Shown here: piece after piece, positions 1 through 9,199 of the stretch
Layout: every line of letters starts with the position of its first letter
Position numbering within the stretch: the stretch's first letter is position 1
Source of the DNA: an uncultured Saprospiraceae bacterium
GTDB lineage: Bacteria; Bacteroidota; Bacteroidia; Chitinophagales; Saprospiraceae
NCBI GenBank assembly: GCA_938015415.1
Contig: CALLPK010000008.1
Location: forward strand, 14,442-78,441
Direction: 5' to 3'
DNA length: 64,000 nucleotides
Made by a program: the position numbers and the translations under genes
The notes under the pieces: model-generated
Seen by the model: only the letters and a program-made list of their open reading frames with translations
What the model was told of the DNA's origin: nothing
Databases searched by the model: none

Positions 1-616
1 GATAAGAACGAATTTTAGGTGCTATATGATAATCAAAATCCAAGCTGGCCAACTGAGCATCTTTGGTTATATCAATGACCACCGGACCAGGCCTCCCCGT
101 ATTTGCAATATAAAAAGCTTTCGCAAAAACAGTCGGAATTTCAGCTGCATCCGTAATCTGATAATTCCATTTAGTAACTGCCGTGGTGCAGCTGATCACA
201 TCAATTTCCTGAAAAGCATCTTTTCCTAACACCGTGCTGAATACTTGTCCCGTCACACAAACCAGCGGCGTAGAATCCATAAAAGCATCTCCAATACCGG
301 TAATCAAATTGGTGGCACCAGGCCCAGAGGTAGCCATACAAATACCAATGCGTCGGGTCACCCGCGCGTAGCCTTGAGCAGCATGGATAGCGCCTTGCTC
401 ATGTCTTGGTAAAATATGCCGCAACCGATCTTCGTAATGATATAAAGCATCATAGACTGGCATGATTGCGCCACCAGGATAACCAAAAATGGTATCCACC
501 CCTTCGGCCAGGAAACAACGTAAAATTGCTTCGGCTCCCGTGATGGTTTCCTTTTTCACTTTTCTGGCCTTGCGGACCACTCCATTCTTTCTACTTGCTG
601 CACTTATTTTTGCCAT
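1..616 (-). CDS. ilvB: Acetolactate synthase large subunit, TPP-dependent. 5' part only; the gene continues beyond the window start.
   Basis: Reverse-strand translation from the ATG at complement 614-616 reads MAKISAASRKNGVV...GAEAILRCFLAEGVDTIFGYPGGAIMPVYDAL...ATSGPGATNLITGIGDAFMDSTPLV. This is the typical ALS/TPP-enzyme N-terminal domain. It lies directly downstream of ilvD on the same strand. It is absent from the ORF track because the ORF runs off the window edge. Confidence 0.8.
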   Translation of the reverse strand, partial: MAKISAASRKNGVVRKARKVKKETITGAEAILRCFLAEGVDTIFGYPGGAIMPVYDALYHYEDRLRHILPRHEQGAIHAAQGYARVTRRIGICMATSGPGATNLITGIGDAFMDSTPLVCVTGQVFSTVLGKDAFQEIDVISCTTAVTKWNYQITDAAEIPTVFAKAFYIANTGRPGPVVIDITKDAQLASLDFDYHIAPKIRSY

Positions 617-707
617 GATCTTTTATTTTTTGCTTCTTGCCCTTTGCTTCTTGCCTTTTAAAAAACGTTTTAATACGATAGAAGAAAGCTAATAGCCAAA
701 AGCCCTC

Positions 708-2384
708 TTAATACTCATCCGTTACACAACCTTCACTGGCCGAAGAAACACAATGTGCATATTTTTTTAAAATACCCTGCGTAGCATTGATCACTACAGG
801 TTGCCAATTAGCTTTTCTTTTTGTAATCTCTGCCTCCGAAATATTAGCGTCCAAACGATTATTAATCGCGTCAATCGTAATTTCATCGCCATCTTCCAGC
901 AACGCAAGTAATCCACCTGCTTGTGCCTCCGGCGTGATGTGTCCAACCACGAATCCGTGCGTTCCACCAGAGAAGCGGCCATCTGTAATCAGGGCTACAC
1001 TAGTCCCTAAACCAGCGCCCATAATCGCCGAAGTCGGCTTAAGCATTTCGGGCATTCCAGGACCTCCTTTGGGTCCACAATAACGAATCACAATTACATT
1101 ACCCGGTTCAATTTCACCCGCAGCAATGGCCGTATTAGCAGCTTCTTCGCCGTTGAATACTTTTGCCGTACCTTTAAAAATTTCGCCTTCTTTCCCGGTA
1201 ATTTTTGCGACCGATCCACCACTGGCAACATTTCCGTACAAAATTTGCAGGTGTCCCGTTTTTTTGACTGGTTGATCAAATCCGTGAATTACATCCTGAC
1301 CTGGCGTGAGCGACTTTACCTCCGCTAAATTTTCCGCAACCGTCTTTCCGGTCACCGTCATACAATCACCGTGCAAATAACCAGCATCAAGTAACATTTT
1401 TGCAACGGCTGGAATCCCTCCTACTTTGTGTAGGTCTTCCATGACGTATTTTCCGCTCGGCTTTAGATCAGCGAGAAAAGGTGTTTTATCGCTAATACGC
1501 TGGATATCGTCAATTGTTAACGAAACATTGACAGATTTAGCCATCGCGATCAGGTGCAATACAGCATTGGTCGATCCACCTAAAACTGTGATTAAAGTAA
1601 TCGCGTTTTCAAAAGCTTTTTTTGTTAGAATATCCCGTGGTTTAATGTCGTTAACCATCAAGTTCCGAATCGCTTTTCCCAATCGCTCACACTCTGCCTG
1701 CTTATCCGGACTGATGGCGGGATTACTAGAATTATAAGGCAAACTCATACCCATCATTTCAATGGCAGAAGCCATCGTATTAGCGGTATACATTCCTCCG
1801 CAGGCACCCGCACCGGGGCAGGCTTTACGAACCACCGCCTTAAAATCTTCGTGACTTATTTGTCCGGCAATTTTTTGACCGTGCGCTTCGAACGCGGAGA
1901 CGATGTCCAGTTTTTTATCGTTATGACAACCTGGCTGAATCGTTCCACCGTAGACTAAAATAGCCGGACGATTTAAGCGACCTAATGCCATCATCGCACC
2001 TGGCATATTTTTATCGCAACCGACCACGGCAATGATGCTGTCATACCATTGTGCGGAAGCCACCGTCTCGATGGAGTCCGCGATGATATCCCGCGAAGGA
2101 AGCGAGAAACGCATCCCTGAAGTCCCCATAGAAATACCATCACTTACACCGATGGTATGAAAAATGAGGCCGATCAAATCTTCGGTAGCACTAACACTTT
2201 TTTTGATATCCTTAGCCAGATCATTTAAATGCATATTACAAGGATTACCTTCCCAGCCGGTACTGACAATTCCAACCTGTGCTTTTTTTAAATCATCTTC
2301 GTCCATACCGATCGCGTGCAACATGGCTTGCGCGGCGGGGCGGGAATCATCCTGAGTAACCTCTTTACTAAATTTATTTAACAC
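708..2384 (-). CDS. ilvD: Dihydroxy-acid dehydratase
   Basis: 558 aa. It carries the IlvD/EDD family motifs [23 protein letters not shown] and SGGS. An ilvD-ilvB operon order is plausible. Confidence 0.92.
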   Translation of the reverse strand: MLNKFSKEVTQDDSRPAAQAMLHAIGMDEDDLKKAQVGIVSTGWEGNPCNMHLNDLAKDIKKSVSATEDLIGLIFHTIGVSDGISMGTSGMRFSLPSRDIIADSIETVASAQWYDSIIAVVGCDKNMPGAMMALGRLNRPAILVYGGTIQPGCHNDKKLDIVSAFEAHGQKIAGQISHEDFKAVVRKACPGAGACGGMYTANTMASAIEMMGMSLPYNSSNPAISPDKQAECERLGKAIRNLMVNDIKPRDILTKKAFENAITLITVLGGSTNAVLHLIAMAKSVNVSLTIDDIQRISDKTPFLADLKPSGKYVMEDLHKVGGIPAVAKMLLDAGYLHGDCMTVTGKTVAENLAEVKSLTPGQDVIHGFDQPVKKTGHLQILYGNVASGGSVAKITGKEGEIFKGTAKVFNGEEAANTAIAAGEIEPGNVIVIRYCGPKGGPGMPEMLKPTSAIMGAGLGTSVALITDGRFSGGTHGFVVGHITPEAQAGGLLALLEDGDEITIDAINNRLDANISEAEITKRKANWQPVVINATQGILKKYAHCVSSASEGCVTDEY

Positions 2385-2644
2385 GTTTTTATTATTTTAA
2401 AGACTATTTGCTTCCTTCGAACCGTCAGGCAGGCGCCATTTTAAACAGGTAGTGAAGGCTTTGTCACACGTTTTTTATACCAGTACGGATACGGATTTAC
2501 AAAGATGGGGCTTGTCGCTAAAACAGTCTAATTTTTCGGTTTCTTCTTTTAGGGTAAAGATCAAACAATTTACAGCGTTCAAGCCTAAGTGATATTTTAT
2601 AAACACCTGATAATCAGAATATTAATTTAAATAAAACACGAATT

Positions 2645-3508
2645 TCAACTATCATACAAGGTGCCCTCCTGGTATTGTCCCAAAATTTTTATACCCGCAG
2701 TATGTGGACCTAACGCTTCTAAAATTGCGGAGAAGTTACTATATTTTTCTAAAATAAAATCAATAAAAAAAATGTAACGCCAAGCTTCGCCGATTAAAGG
2801 TACCGACTGCACCTTGGTCATATTGGCCTGATAGTCCGCTAATACCTTGAGTGCTTTATGCAAACTTCCGGCCTCGTGGGGCACGGAAAAACTGATTGAT
2901 ATCTTATTAATTTTTGACGGAAAAATAGTCGGCACTTCTTTACCTACGACTAAAAATCGCGTAAAATTTTTCTTATTGGTTTCGATCCCTTCTGCCAGTA
3001 AATCCATATCGTAACGTTCTGCCGCTAAAGTGGAAGCAATCGCACCAATTCCAGCTAATTCTCCTTCCCGGATGCGTTTGGCACTAAGGGCGGTATCTTC
3101 CATCGACACTAATTTGATGTGCTGATATTTTTTAAAAAAACGTCTACATTGTTCGATGGCTACTGGATGAGAATGAACTTCTTTCAGATCTTCAATTTTT
3201 TGACCAGGTAAAGCCATCAAGTTTTGACGAATTCTTAAAAAAACTTCCCCGGTAATCTGTAAACCAGAACTATTTAGTAGTTGATAATTTTTCAATAAAC
3301 TACCAGCAATCGTATTTTCAATTGCCATCATTCCGCCATCGGCATGGATACCTGCTTCTACGACCTCCACCAGTTCATCAAAAGTATCTGCGGGTATCAT
3401 TTCCAATGACTGCTCGGGATAATAACAGCGAGTAGCGATCTCATGAAAAGCACCAGGGTAACCTTGTATAGCAATACGCTTGGTTGTGTTCATGTCATTA
3501 TTTTTCAA
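2645..3508 (-). CDS. pheA: Prephenate dehydratase (PDT domain plus C-terminal ACT domain)
   Basis: 287 aa. The N-terminus IAIQGYPGAFHEIA and the TRF motif (TRFLVVGKE) are present, followed by a C-terminal ACT-like regulatory region. Confidence 0.8.
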   Translation of the reverse strand: MKNNDMNTTKRIAIQGYPGAFHEIATRCYYPEQSLEMIPADTFDELVEVVEAGIHADGGMMAIENTIAGSLLKNYQLLNSSGLQITGEVFLRIRQNLMALPGQKIEDLKEVHSHPVAIEQCRRFFKKYQHIKLVSMEDTALSAKRIREGELAGIGAIASTLAAERYDMDLLAEGIETNKKNFTRFLVVGKEVPTIFPSKINKISISFSVPHEAGSLHKALKVLADYQANMTKVQSVPLIGEAWRYIFFIDFILEKYSNFSAILEALGPHTAGIKILGQYQEGTLYDS

Positions 3509-3771
3509 GAAATTTCTAAAAGTTAGTCCAAAAAAAAGAGCTCCAAAAGGAACTCTATTATTTTAAATCAACATAATTATAGGTTCCAGTTACGATAGTT
3601 CGTAAATAAAAATAATAATAAAGTTGATAAAGAAATTATTTTTCATACCCCAAACATAGGATTTTAAAAAGCAGGATGCAAGCGTTTTAAAAAATATTAT
3701 TCAATTAAAATATAAATAAGGTATCCAATTTGTCTACGATGCGTAATTTAGCGCAAAAAATAATTTAGAAC

Positions 3772-4962
3772 ATGCCAGTTATTTCTGAAAGAGGAAAAAA
3801 TGCCATTCCATCCCCTATCCGTTTTCTGACACCTTACGCCGCCGCCGCCGAAGCACGCGGTGTCAAAGTACACTATATGAATATTGGTCAACCTGATATC
3901 AATACTCCTGCGGAAGCAATGGACCGGGTACGGAATACCGATATGCGCATCCTGAAATATACACCGTCAGCCGGGATCGATTCTTACCGGGAAAAACTGG
4001 TGAACTATTATAACAGATTTGAAATTGAGGTAACTAAAGAAGATATTCTGGTGACAACCGGAGCCTCGGAAGCAATTTCACTGGTGCTGAATTCCTGCCT
4101 GGATACGGGCGACGAAGTGATCGTCCCCGAACCTTTTTACGCCAACTATCTGGGCTACGCCCACGCGACCGGAGTAAAGATCAAGCCCATTCCTACTTTT
4201 ATCGAAAATAGTTTTGCTTTACCAGACATCGCAAATTTTGAACCGCTGATTAGTTCTAGAACCAAAGCCATCTTTTTGTGTAATCCCAATAATCCCACGG
4301 GAGGTATCTACGGACAAGCAGATTTAGAGGCACTCGGTCGATTGGTTAAAAAACACGACCTTTATTTAATTGTGGATGAAGTATACCGAGAATTTTGCTA
4401 CGATGAAGAATTTTATTCTGTCCTTCGACTGACCAGCTTAGAAAAACATACCGTGGTGATTGATTCAATTTCTAAACGCTTTAGTGCCTGTGGTGCGCGG
4501 ATTGGTTCCATTGTTTCCCAAAATAAAGATTTGATTAAGGCCTGTTTGACTTTTGCACAACTACGATTAAGTGCTCCGGGATTTGGTCAGTTATTGGGTG
4601 AAGCAACGCTGGACTTACCGCCCATTTATCTGGAAGGAATTCGCGACGAATACGATTTACGACGACGTACATTAATTAATCGTTTAAAAAAAATATCTGG
4701 TGTGCTTTGTTATTTACCGAAAGGTGCCTTTTATGCTTTTGTCAGGTTACCGGTTCCGGATACAGGAAAATTTTGTCAGTGGATGCTGGAATCTTTTCAA
4801 TATAATAATGAAACGGTTATGTTGGCTCCGGGTGCGGGATTTTACGCTACGAAGGGTCGTGGGTTGGATGAGGTACGGATTGCTTATATTTTGAATACGG
4901 GTGATATTGAAAAGGCGATGGATTGTTTGGAGGCGGGGTTGAAACGATTTGCAGATGTGTAA
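3772..4962 (+). CDS. PLP-dependent class I/II aminotransferase, probably aromatic/aspartate type
   Basis: 396 aa. It has the SKRFSACGARIG Lys-containing PLP motif and an NPNNPTG motif. It is divergent from pheA, which suggests aromatic amino-acid metabolism. Confidence 0.75.
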   Translation: MPVISERGKNAIPSPIRFLTPYAAAAEARGVKVHYMNIGQPDINTPAEAMDRVRNTDMRILKYTPSAGIDSYREKLVNYYNRFEIEVTKEDILVTTGASEAISLVLNSCLDTGDEVIVPEPFYANYLGYAHATGVKIKPIPTFIENSFALPDIANFEPLISSRTKAIFLCNPNNPTGGIYGQADLEALGRLVKKHDLYLIVDEVYREFCYDEEFYSVLRLTSLEKHTVVIDSISKRFSACGARIGSIVSQNKDLIKACLTFAQLRLSAPGFGQLLGEATLDLPPIYLEGIRDEYDLRRRTLINRLKKISGVLCYLPKGAFYAFVRLPVPDTGKFCQWMLESFQYNNETVMLAPGAGFYATKGRGLDEVRIAYILNTGDIEKAMDCLEAGLKRFADV

Positions 4963-5109
4963 ATTTCTTGATGTGCGGATTCTATCATCTATTAAAAGGA
5001 AAAAGATAACTGAATCTCACTTCAGGGTTGGGGTAAAATTCAGTCATCTTTTTCCAACTTCAGTGAACTAATGAATATCAGTGTAGTTCTAAAATATAAA
5101 AATTAAAAA

Positions 5110-6216
5110 ATGTCTACAACCAAAACTTATCAGGCCCTTGGTCTTATGTCGGGCTCTTCCCTGGATGGATTGGATGTGGTGCATTGTTCGTTAGAAATTA
5201 CGCGAGATCCGGTGGCGGTTTCCTGGAAACTATTGGTGGGAGAAACGCTCCCATTTTCGGATTTGTGGACGCGACGATTGGCCAATTTGCCAACTCAGTC
5301 CGCGATGAGTTTTGCGCAGACAAATGTTTATTTTAGTTATTATATGGCGGAGTTGGTCAACGACTTTATTAAACGTCATAAGCTTCAACCTGATTTTATT
5401 GCCTCACACGGTCATACGATTTTCCACTATCCGGACAAGCGATTTACGACGCAGATTGGCGACGGTGGTGCCCTGGCAGCGGCAACTGGATTTCCGGTGG
5501 TTTGTAATTTCAGGACTCAAGATATCGCTCTGAACGGAGAAGGAACTCCCCTCGCTCCTGCGGCGGATCGCTATTTATTTCCGGGATACGATTTTTATTT
5601 AAACCTTGGTGGCATCGCGAATGTTACGGCGAATATTGCCGGTAAATATATCGCCTTTGATACCGCTCCGGCCAATCAGATTTTTAATGCGTTGGCGCAA
5701 TTGAGCGGAGCAGATTATGATTTGAATGGTCAACTGGCAGCGGCCGGAAAGGTATTACCCGATTTGGCGAAAGCCCTTTCCGAAAATGATTATTATAAAA
5801 AATCGTATCCTAAATCACTGGATAATCAATGGATACGGCAACGGGTTTTACCTTTGTATTATGAATATCCGGGTAGCGTGGAAGATCGAATGTGCACGGC
5901 CGTGTACCAATTAGTGGACGAAACGTTTCGTTCTATCAAAACTATTTTGCAAAAAGAAGCTTTTAATAAAGAGAACTATCGAATGCTGGTGACGGGCGGT
6001 GGTGCTTTTAATCTTTTTTTGATAAAAATTCTACAAGAAAAGGCGTCAGCAGAATTGAACCTTGAGGTCATTTTGCCAAAAAAAGAGATCATTGATTTCA
6101 AGGAAGCTATTCTGATGGTTTTATTAGGTGCCTTGCGGTTAGAAAACTTACCGAACTGTTTTGCGTCGGTGACGGGGGCGAAGCGGGATACGGTTGGTGG
6201 GGCGGTTTATTTTTAG
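5110..6216 (+). CDS. anmK: Anhydro-N-acetylmuramic acid kinase
   Basis: 368 aa. The N-terminus GLMSGSSLDGLDV matches the AnmK signature (GLMSGTSxDGID). Confidence 0.8.
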   Translation: MSTTKTYQALGLMSGSSLDGLDVVHCSLEITRDPVAVSWKLLVGETLPFSDLWTRRLANLPTQSAMSFAQTNVYFSYYMAELVNDFIKRHKLQPDFIASHGHTIFHYPDKRFTTQIGDGGALAAATGFPVVCNFRTQDIALNGEGTPLAPAADRYLFPGYDFYLNLGGIANVTANIAGKYIAFDTAPANQIFNALAQLSGADYDLNGQLAAAGKVLPDLAKALSENDYYKKSYPKSLDNQWIRQRVLPLYYEYPGSVEDRMCTAVYQLVDETFRSIKTILQKEAFNKENYRMLVTGGGAFNLFLIKILQEKASAELNLEVILPKKEIIDFKEAILMVLLGALRLENLPNCFASVTGAKRDTVGGAVYF

Positions 6217-6218
6217 AT

Positions 6219-6256
6219 GTTGAATCGTTGAATCGTTGATTTGTTGAATCGTTTAA
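6219..6256. repeat. Post-stop intergenic repeat with three copies of GTTGAATCG. Member of a family that recurs at 11327, 51675 and 59745.
   Basis: tgttgaatcgttgaatcgttgatttgttgaatcgtt begins 3 nt after the anmK stop codon. Confidence 0.6.
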
Positions 6257-6392
6257 AGTACTAATTTACAAAAGTGAAAAGTACTTTTAAAAACACTCCG
6301 CCCCCCTTCATCGATAAGCCGATCTAACACTTAATATTTTAAACGATCAAACACCTAAACACCTAAACACCTAAAATAATTCAGCAGAAAAA

Positions 6393-7412
6393 ATGACAGA
6401 TTCAAATAAACAAATTTTCATAACGGGAGCAACAGGATTAGTAGGCTCTTACTTGGCGCGGCTTTTACTGAAAAAAGGATACCGGGTACGGGCGTTGAAG
6501 CGGGCGAAAAGCAAGATGGATTTGTTAGGTCCCGATGCTGAGCGGATCGAATGGGTTACGGGAGATGTGCTGGACATTCCGGCGTTGGAAGATGCGATGG
6601 AAGATGTAGATCAGGTTTTTCACTGCGCGGCCATGGTATCTTATGATCCTAAATACCTGAAAGAGATGATGGCAATCAACGTCGATGGAACGGCCAATGT
6701 CATCAACGTAGCACTGTACCGCGAGGTTAAAAAACTGGTGCATATCAGTTCTATTGCCGCACTGGGAAAGTCGAAACACGGCGAGCCCGTTTCCGAACAA
6801 ACGAAATGGGAACGAGATAAAAAAAACACCAACTATAGCGTTAGCAAATATCTTTCCGAGCAGGAAGTCTGGCGGGGATACGCGGAAGGACTACCCGTGG
6901 CGATTATCAATCCGTCGGTGGTGTTGGGTGCGGGGCGTTGGCGGCAGTCGAGTACTGGATTGTTTAAACAAGTTTACGATGGATTGAAATTTTATCCGTT
7001 GGGTGGCAATGGTTTTGTGGATGTCCGGGACGTGGCGCAAATGGCACTACAACTGATGGAAAGTGATATTGAAGGAGAGCGGTTTCTTGCTAATGGAGAG
7101 AACTTGAAATTTCGGGACTTATTTAATCAGATGGCAGAAGGACTTGACAAACCAGTACCGACAATAAAAGTAACACCATTGTTGGGAGCGTTAGCCTGGC
7201 GGACAATGTGGCTGAAATCTAAATTGACAGGACGTTCACCGCTGATCACGCGGGAGACGGTTCGCTCGGCGACGGGTACGGTGGCGTACGATGCGTCGAA
7301 GTCGGAGAAGCTGTTGGATTTTAAGTATACGCCGATTCCAGAAACGGTACGGGAGACGACGGCCGTGTTGCGGGAGACGGGGGTTGGGGTGACGGGGTTA
7401 TTGGCGGTTTAG
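6393..7412 (+). CDS. NAD(P)-dependent epimerase/dehydratase of the SDR family
   Basis: 339 aa. It has an N-terminal Rossmann motif ITGATGLVGSYLARLL and the extended-SDR layout. Confidence 0.7.
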   Translation: MTDSNKQIFITGATGLVGSYLARLLLKKGYRVRALKRAKSKMDLLGPDAERIEWVTGDVLDIPALEDAMEDVDQVFHCAAMVSYDPKYLKEMMAINVDGTANVINVALYREVKKLVHISSIAALGKSKHGEPVSEQTKWERDKKNTNYSVSKYLSEQEVWRGYAEGLPVAIINPSVVLGAGRWRQSSTGLFKQVYDGLKFYPLGGNGFVDVRDVAQMALQLMESDIEGERFLANGENLKFRDLFNQMAEGLDKPVPTIKVTPLLGALAWRTMWLKSKLTGRSPLITRETVRSATGTVAYDASKSEKLLDFKYTPIPETVRETTAVLRETGVGVTGLLAV

Positions 7413-7473
7413 AAAAAATGAAAAAACGGATAACATCTCTTCTAACGTACAATACCTTCACAAAATTTTCTTA

Positions 7474-7899
7474 TTACTTACTCATCCCCAATTCCGGCAA
7501 CTCCTTCACCACATGATAACGCAAAGCAGCCCCAATACATTGTTTCAGCGCTTCCTCCGGAACGGTATCCTCCAATTTAAAAACAATGGCCCGATTATTT
7601 TCGTAATTAAAGGTGTCACCAAAAACCGCTCTGAAAGTCTTTACCAGTTTACTCGTACATTTAAAGTAGATGGCGTATTGATCCGGCTTTTTGGGTTTCC
7701 AGTCAATGCGAATGGTACTGCCTTTTTTTGCTAAGTAGGCAGGTTCGTTCCATTTCAGGGTTTCTTCCAATGCCTTTATTTCCGGAATTTCTTTGGCCGT
7801 GGCGAGGATAAGTTTTCGTAAATGTTCCAACTTCTTTTTATAAGGAACAGGATAGGTTTTTAATCTGGCGGCAACGGCGGGGTTAGAGTTTAACTGCAA
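7474..7899 (-). CDS. DUF1801-like (YdhG-type) small protein
   Basis: 141 aa. The pattern LRKLILATAKEIPE...LKWNEPAY...GSTI...AIYF resembles DUF1801 family proteins. The assignment was made from memory. Confidence 0.45.
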   Translation of the reverse strand: MQLNSNPAVAARLKTYPVPYKKKLEHLRKLILATAKEIPEIKALEETLKWNEPAYLAKKGSTIRIDWKPKKPDQYAIYFKCTSKLVKTFRAVFGDTFNYENNRAIVFKLEDTVPEEALKQCIGAALRYHVVKELPELGMSK

Positions 7900-7997
7900 A
7901 ATATATATTTTTTATTGTGTGAATAATTATGCTTTTACACTTGGCTTATTGGCTTATCTGCAACGGAGAGAAATCAACAAGCAATCTTTCCCCTTAT

Positions 7998-8879
7998 TTA
8001 TTTCGGATTGAATTTAATTACTCTTTTGGGTATCTCTTCCGTTTCCATCAAGTCGACAAGTGACGTAAAAAACACAACCGTATTCCCGTCAATTTTAGCA
8101 TCGGGATCGTTGGTAAATTCGATCTTTCCGGGAAGATGGTAGGTTTGACGCATACCTGAACTACCAAACATCATAGCCATCATCGCTTTGGCCGCTTCGT
8201 CGTCTTCGTCTTCAATGGCCGCTTCCGCTTCGTCGTCGTCCGATTTCAAATCCATTGCCGGAATAATGATTAGGCCTTTATTAAAATCGATTTGTTCCAT
8301 CTCGCCCAACATATTTTCACTCATGCCGAGATTGTTCGAGTCGTTGTCCGGATCGTCCTCGTCGTCTGAGTCTTTCATATATTTGGGCATTTCTTCCCTG
8401 ATTTTCCGGCGTTCTTCCTGGTCTTTGAATTGTAGATTAAAGGCAATTTTCATTTCATCATTAATACTATCGCTTTGCATACTAATCCTTACTTTTTTCA
8501 TCAGGTAGGCATTTGCAGTTCCTTTTAAAGAATCATTCATCACTTCGTAAATGGTAAAGGAAGTATCTTGTTGAGGCAAACTGGTTGGATCGGTAAATAT
8601 TTTGGAAAGATCAAATTCCCCATCTTCGGGATCAGCTTCCAGCATTTCTTCCAGCGCCTCCTGATCGATATGATCTTCCATATTTTCGCCTAGCTTCTCT
8701 TTGTCCATTTCTTCCCCTTCGGTGGTTCCTTCAAACATCGCTGCCAATTGACCGATACCACTCATATCCATTTCAAAACGTTCTTCTCCAGAGCCATCCT
8801 TATTCAAAGTCGTCTCATAATCCATGCTACAGGAGGTTAACAAAAATCCTGTTAATATAATAAGCATTAAAAATCTCAT
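7998..8879 (-). CDS. Highly acidic lipoprotein of unknown function
   Basis: 293 aa. It has a signal peptide with lipobox (LLTSCS) and long Asp/Glu-rich tracts such as DDDEAEAAIEDEDDEAAKA and DSDDEDDPDND. Confidence 0.6.
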   Translation of the reverse strand: MRFLMLIILTGFLLTSCSMDYETTLNKDGSGEERFEMDMSGIGQLAAMFEGTTEGEEMDKEKLGENMEDHIDQEALEEMLEADPEDGEFDLSKIFTDPTSLPQQDTSFTIYEVMNDSLKGTANAYLMKKVRISMQSDSINDEMKIAFNLQFKDQEERRKIREEMPKYMKDSDDEDDPDNDSNNLGMSENMLGEMEQIDFNKGLIIIPAMDLKSDDDEAEAAIEDEDDEAAKAMMAMMFGSSGMRQTYHLPGKIEFTNDPDAKIDGNTVVFFTSLVDLMETEEIPKRVIKFNPK

Positions 8880-9199
8880 AATTTAATTTTTTAGCAAAAA
8901 TAAAGATTAATTAAAACATAAAAGGAAAAAAAACTCCTATTATTCAGGTTTCCTCTATTTACCCATTTCCTAGACAACTTACCATTCGGAATGGTTTAAC
9001 AAATACTACCCTTCTTAATATTCATATAAGATAATCACCTTCCCCAGCTATTATATTCAATTAAAACATAACATTTTATAAATTTTAAATAAAATCACAA
9101 ATTCACTATAAAGTTTCAAATAAATGACTTAACTTAAAATTTAATTCTTAAAATATAGTCTATCACCACTCATTTATTAACCTTTAAATCTTCAAAATC

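Noticed and set aside
489-692. 67-aa plus ORF
   Set aside because: It lies antisense within the ilvB 5' coding region and intergenic sequence, and is spurious.
2385-2644. Possible ilv leader peptide or attenuator upstream of ilvD
   Set aside because: No short Ile/Val/Leu-rich leader ORF or terminator/antiterminator pair could be identified on the minus strand.
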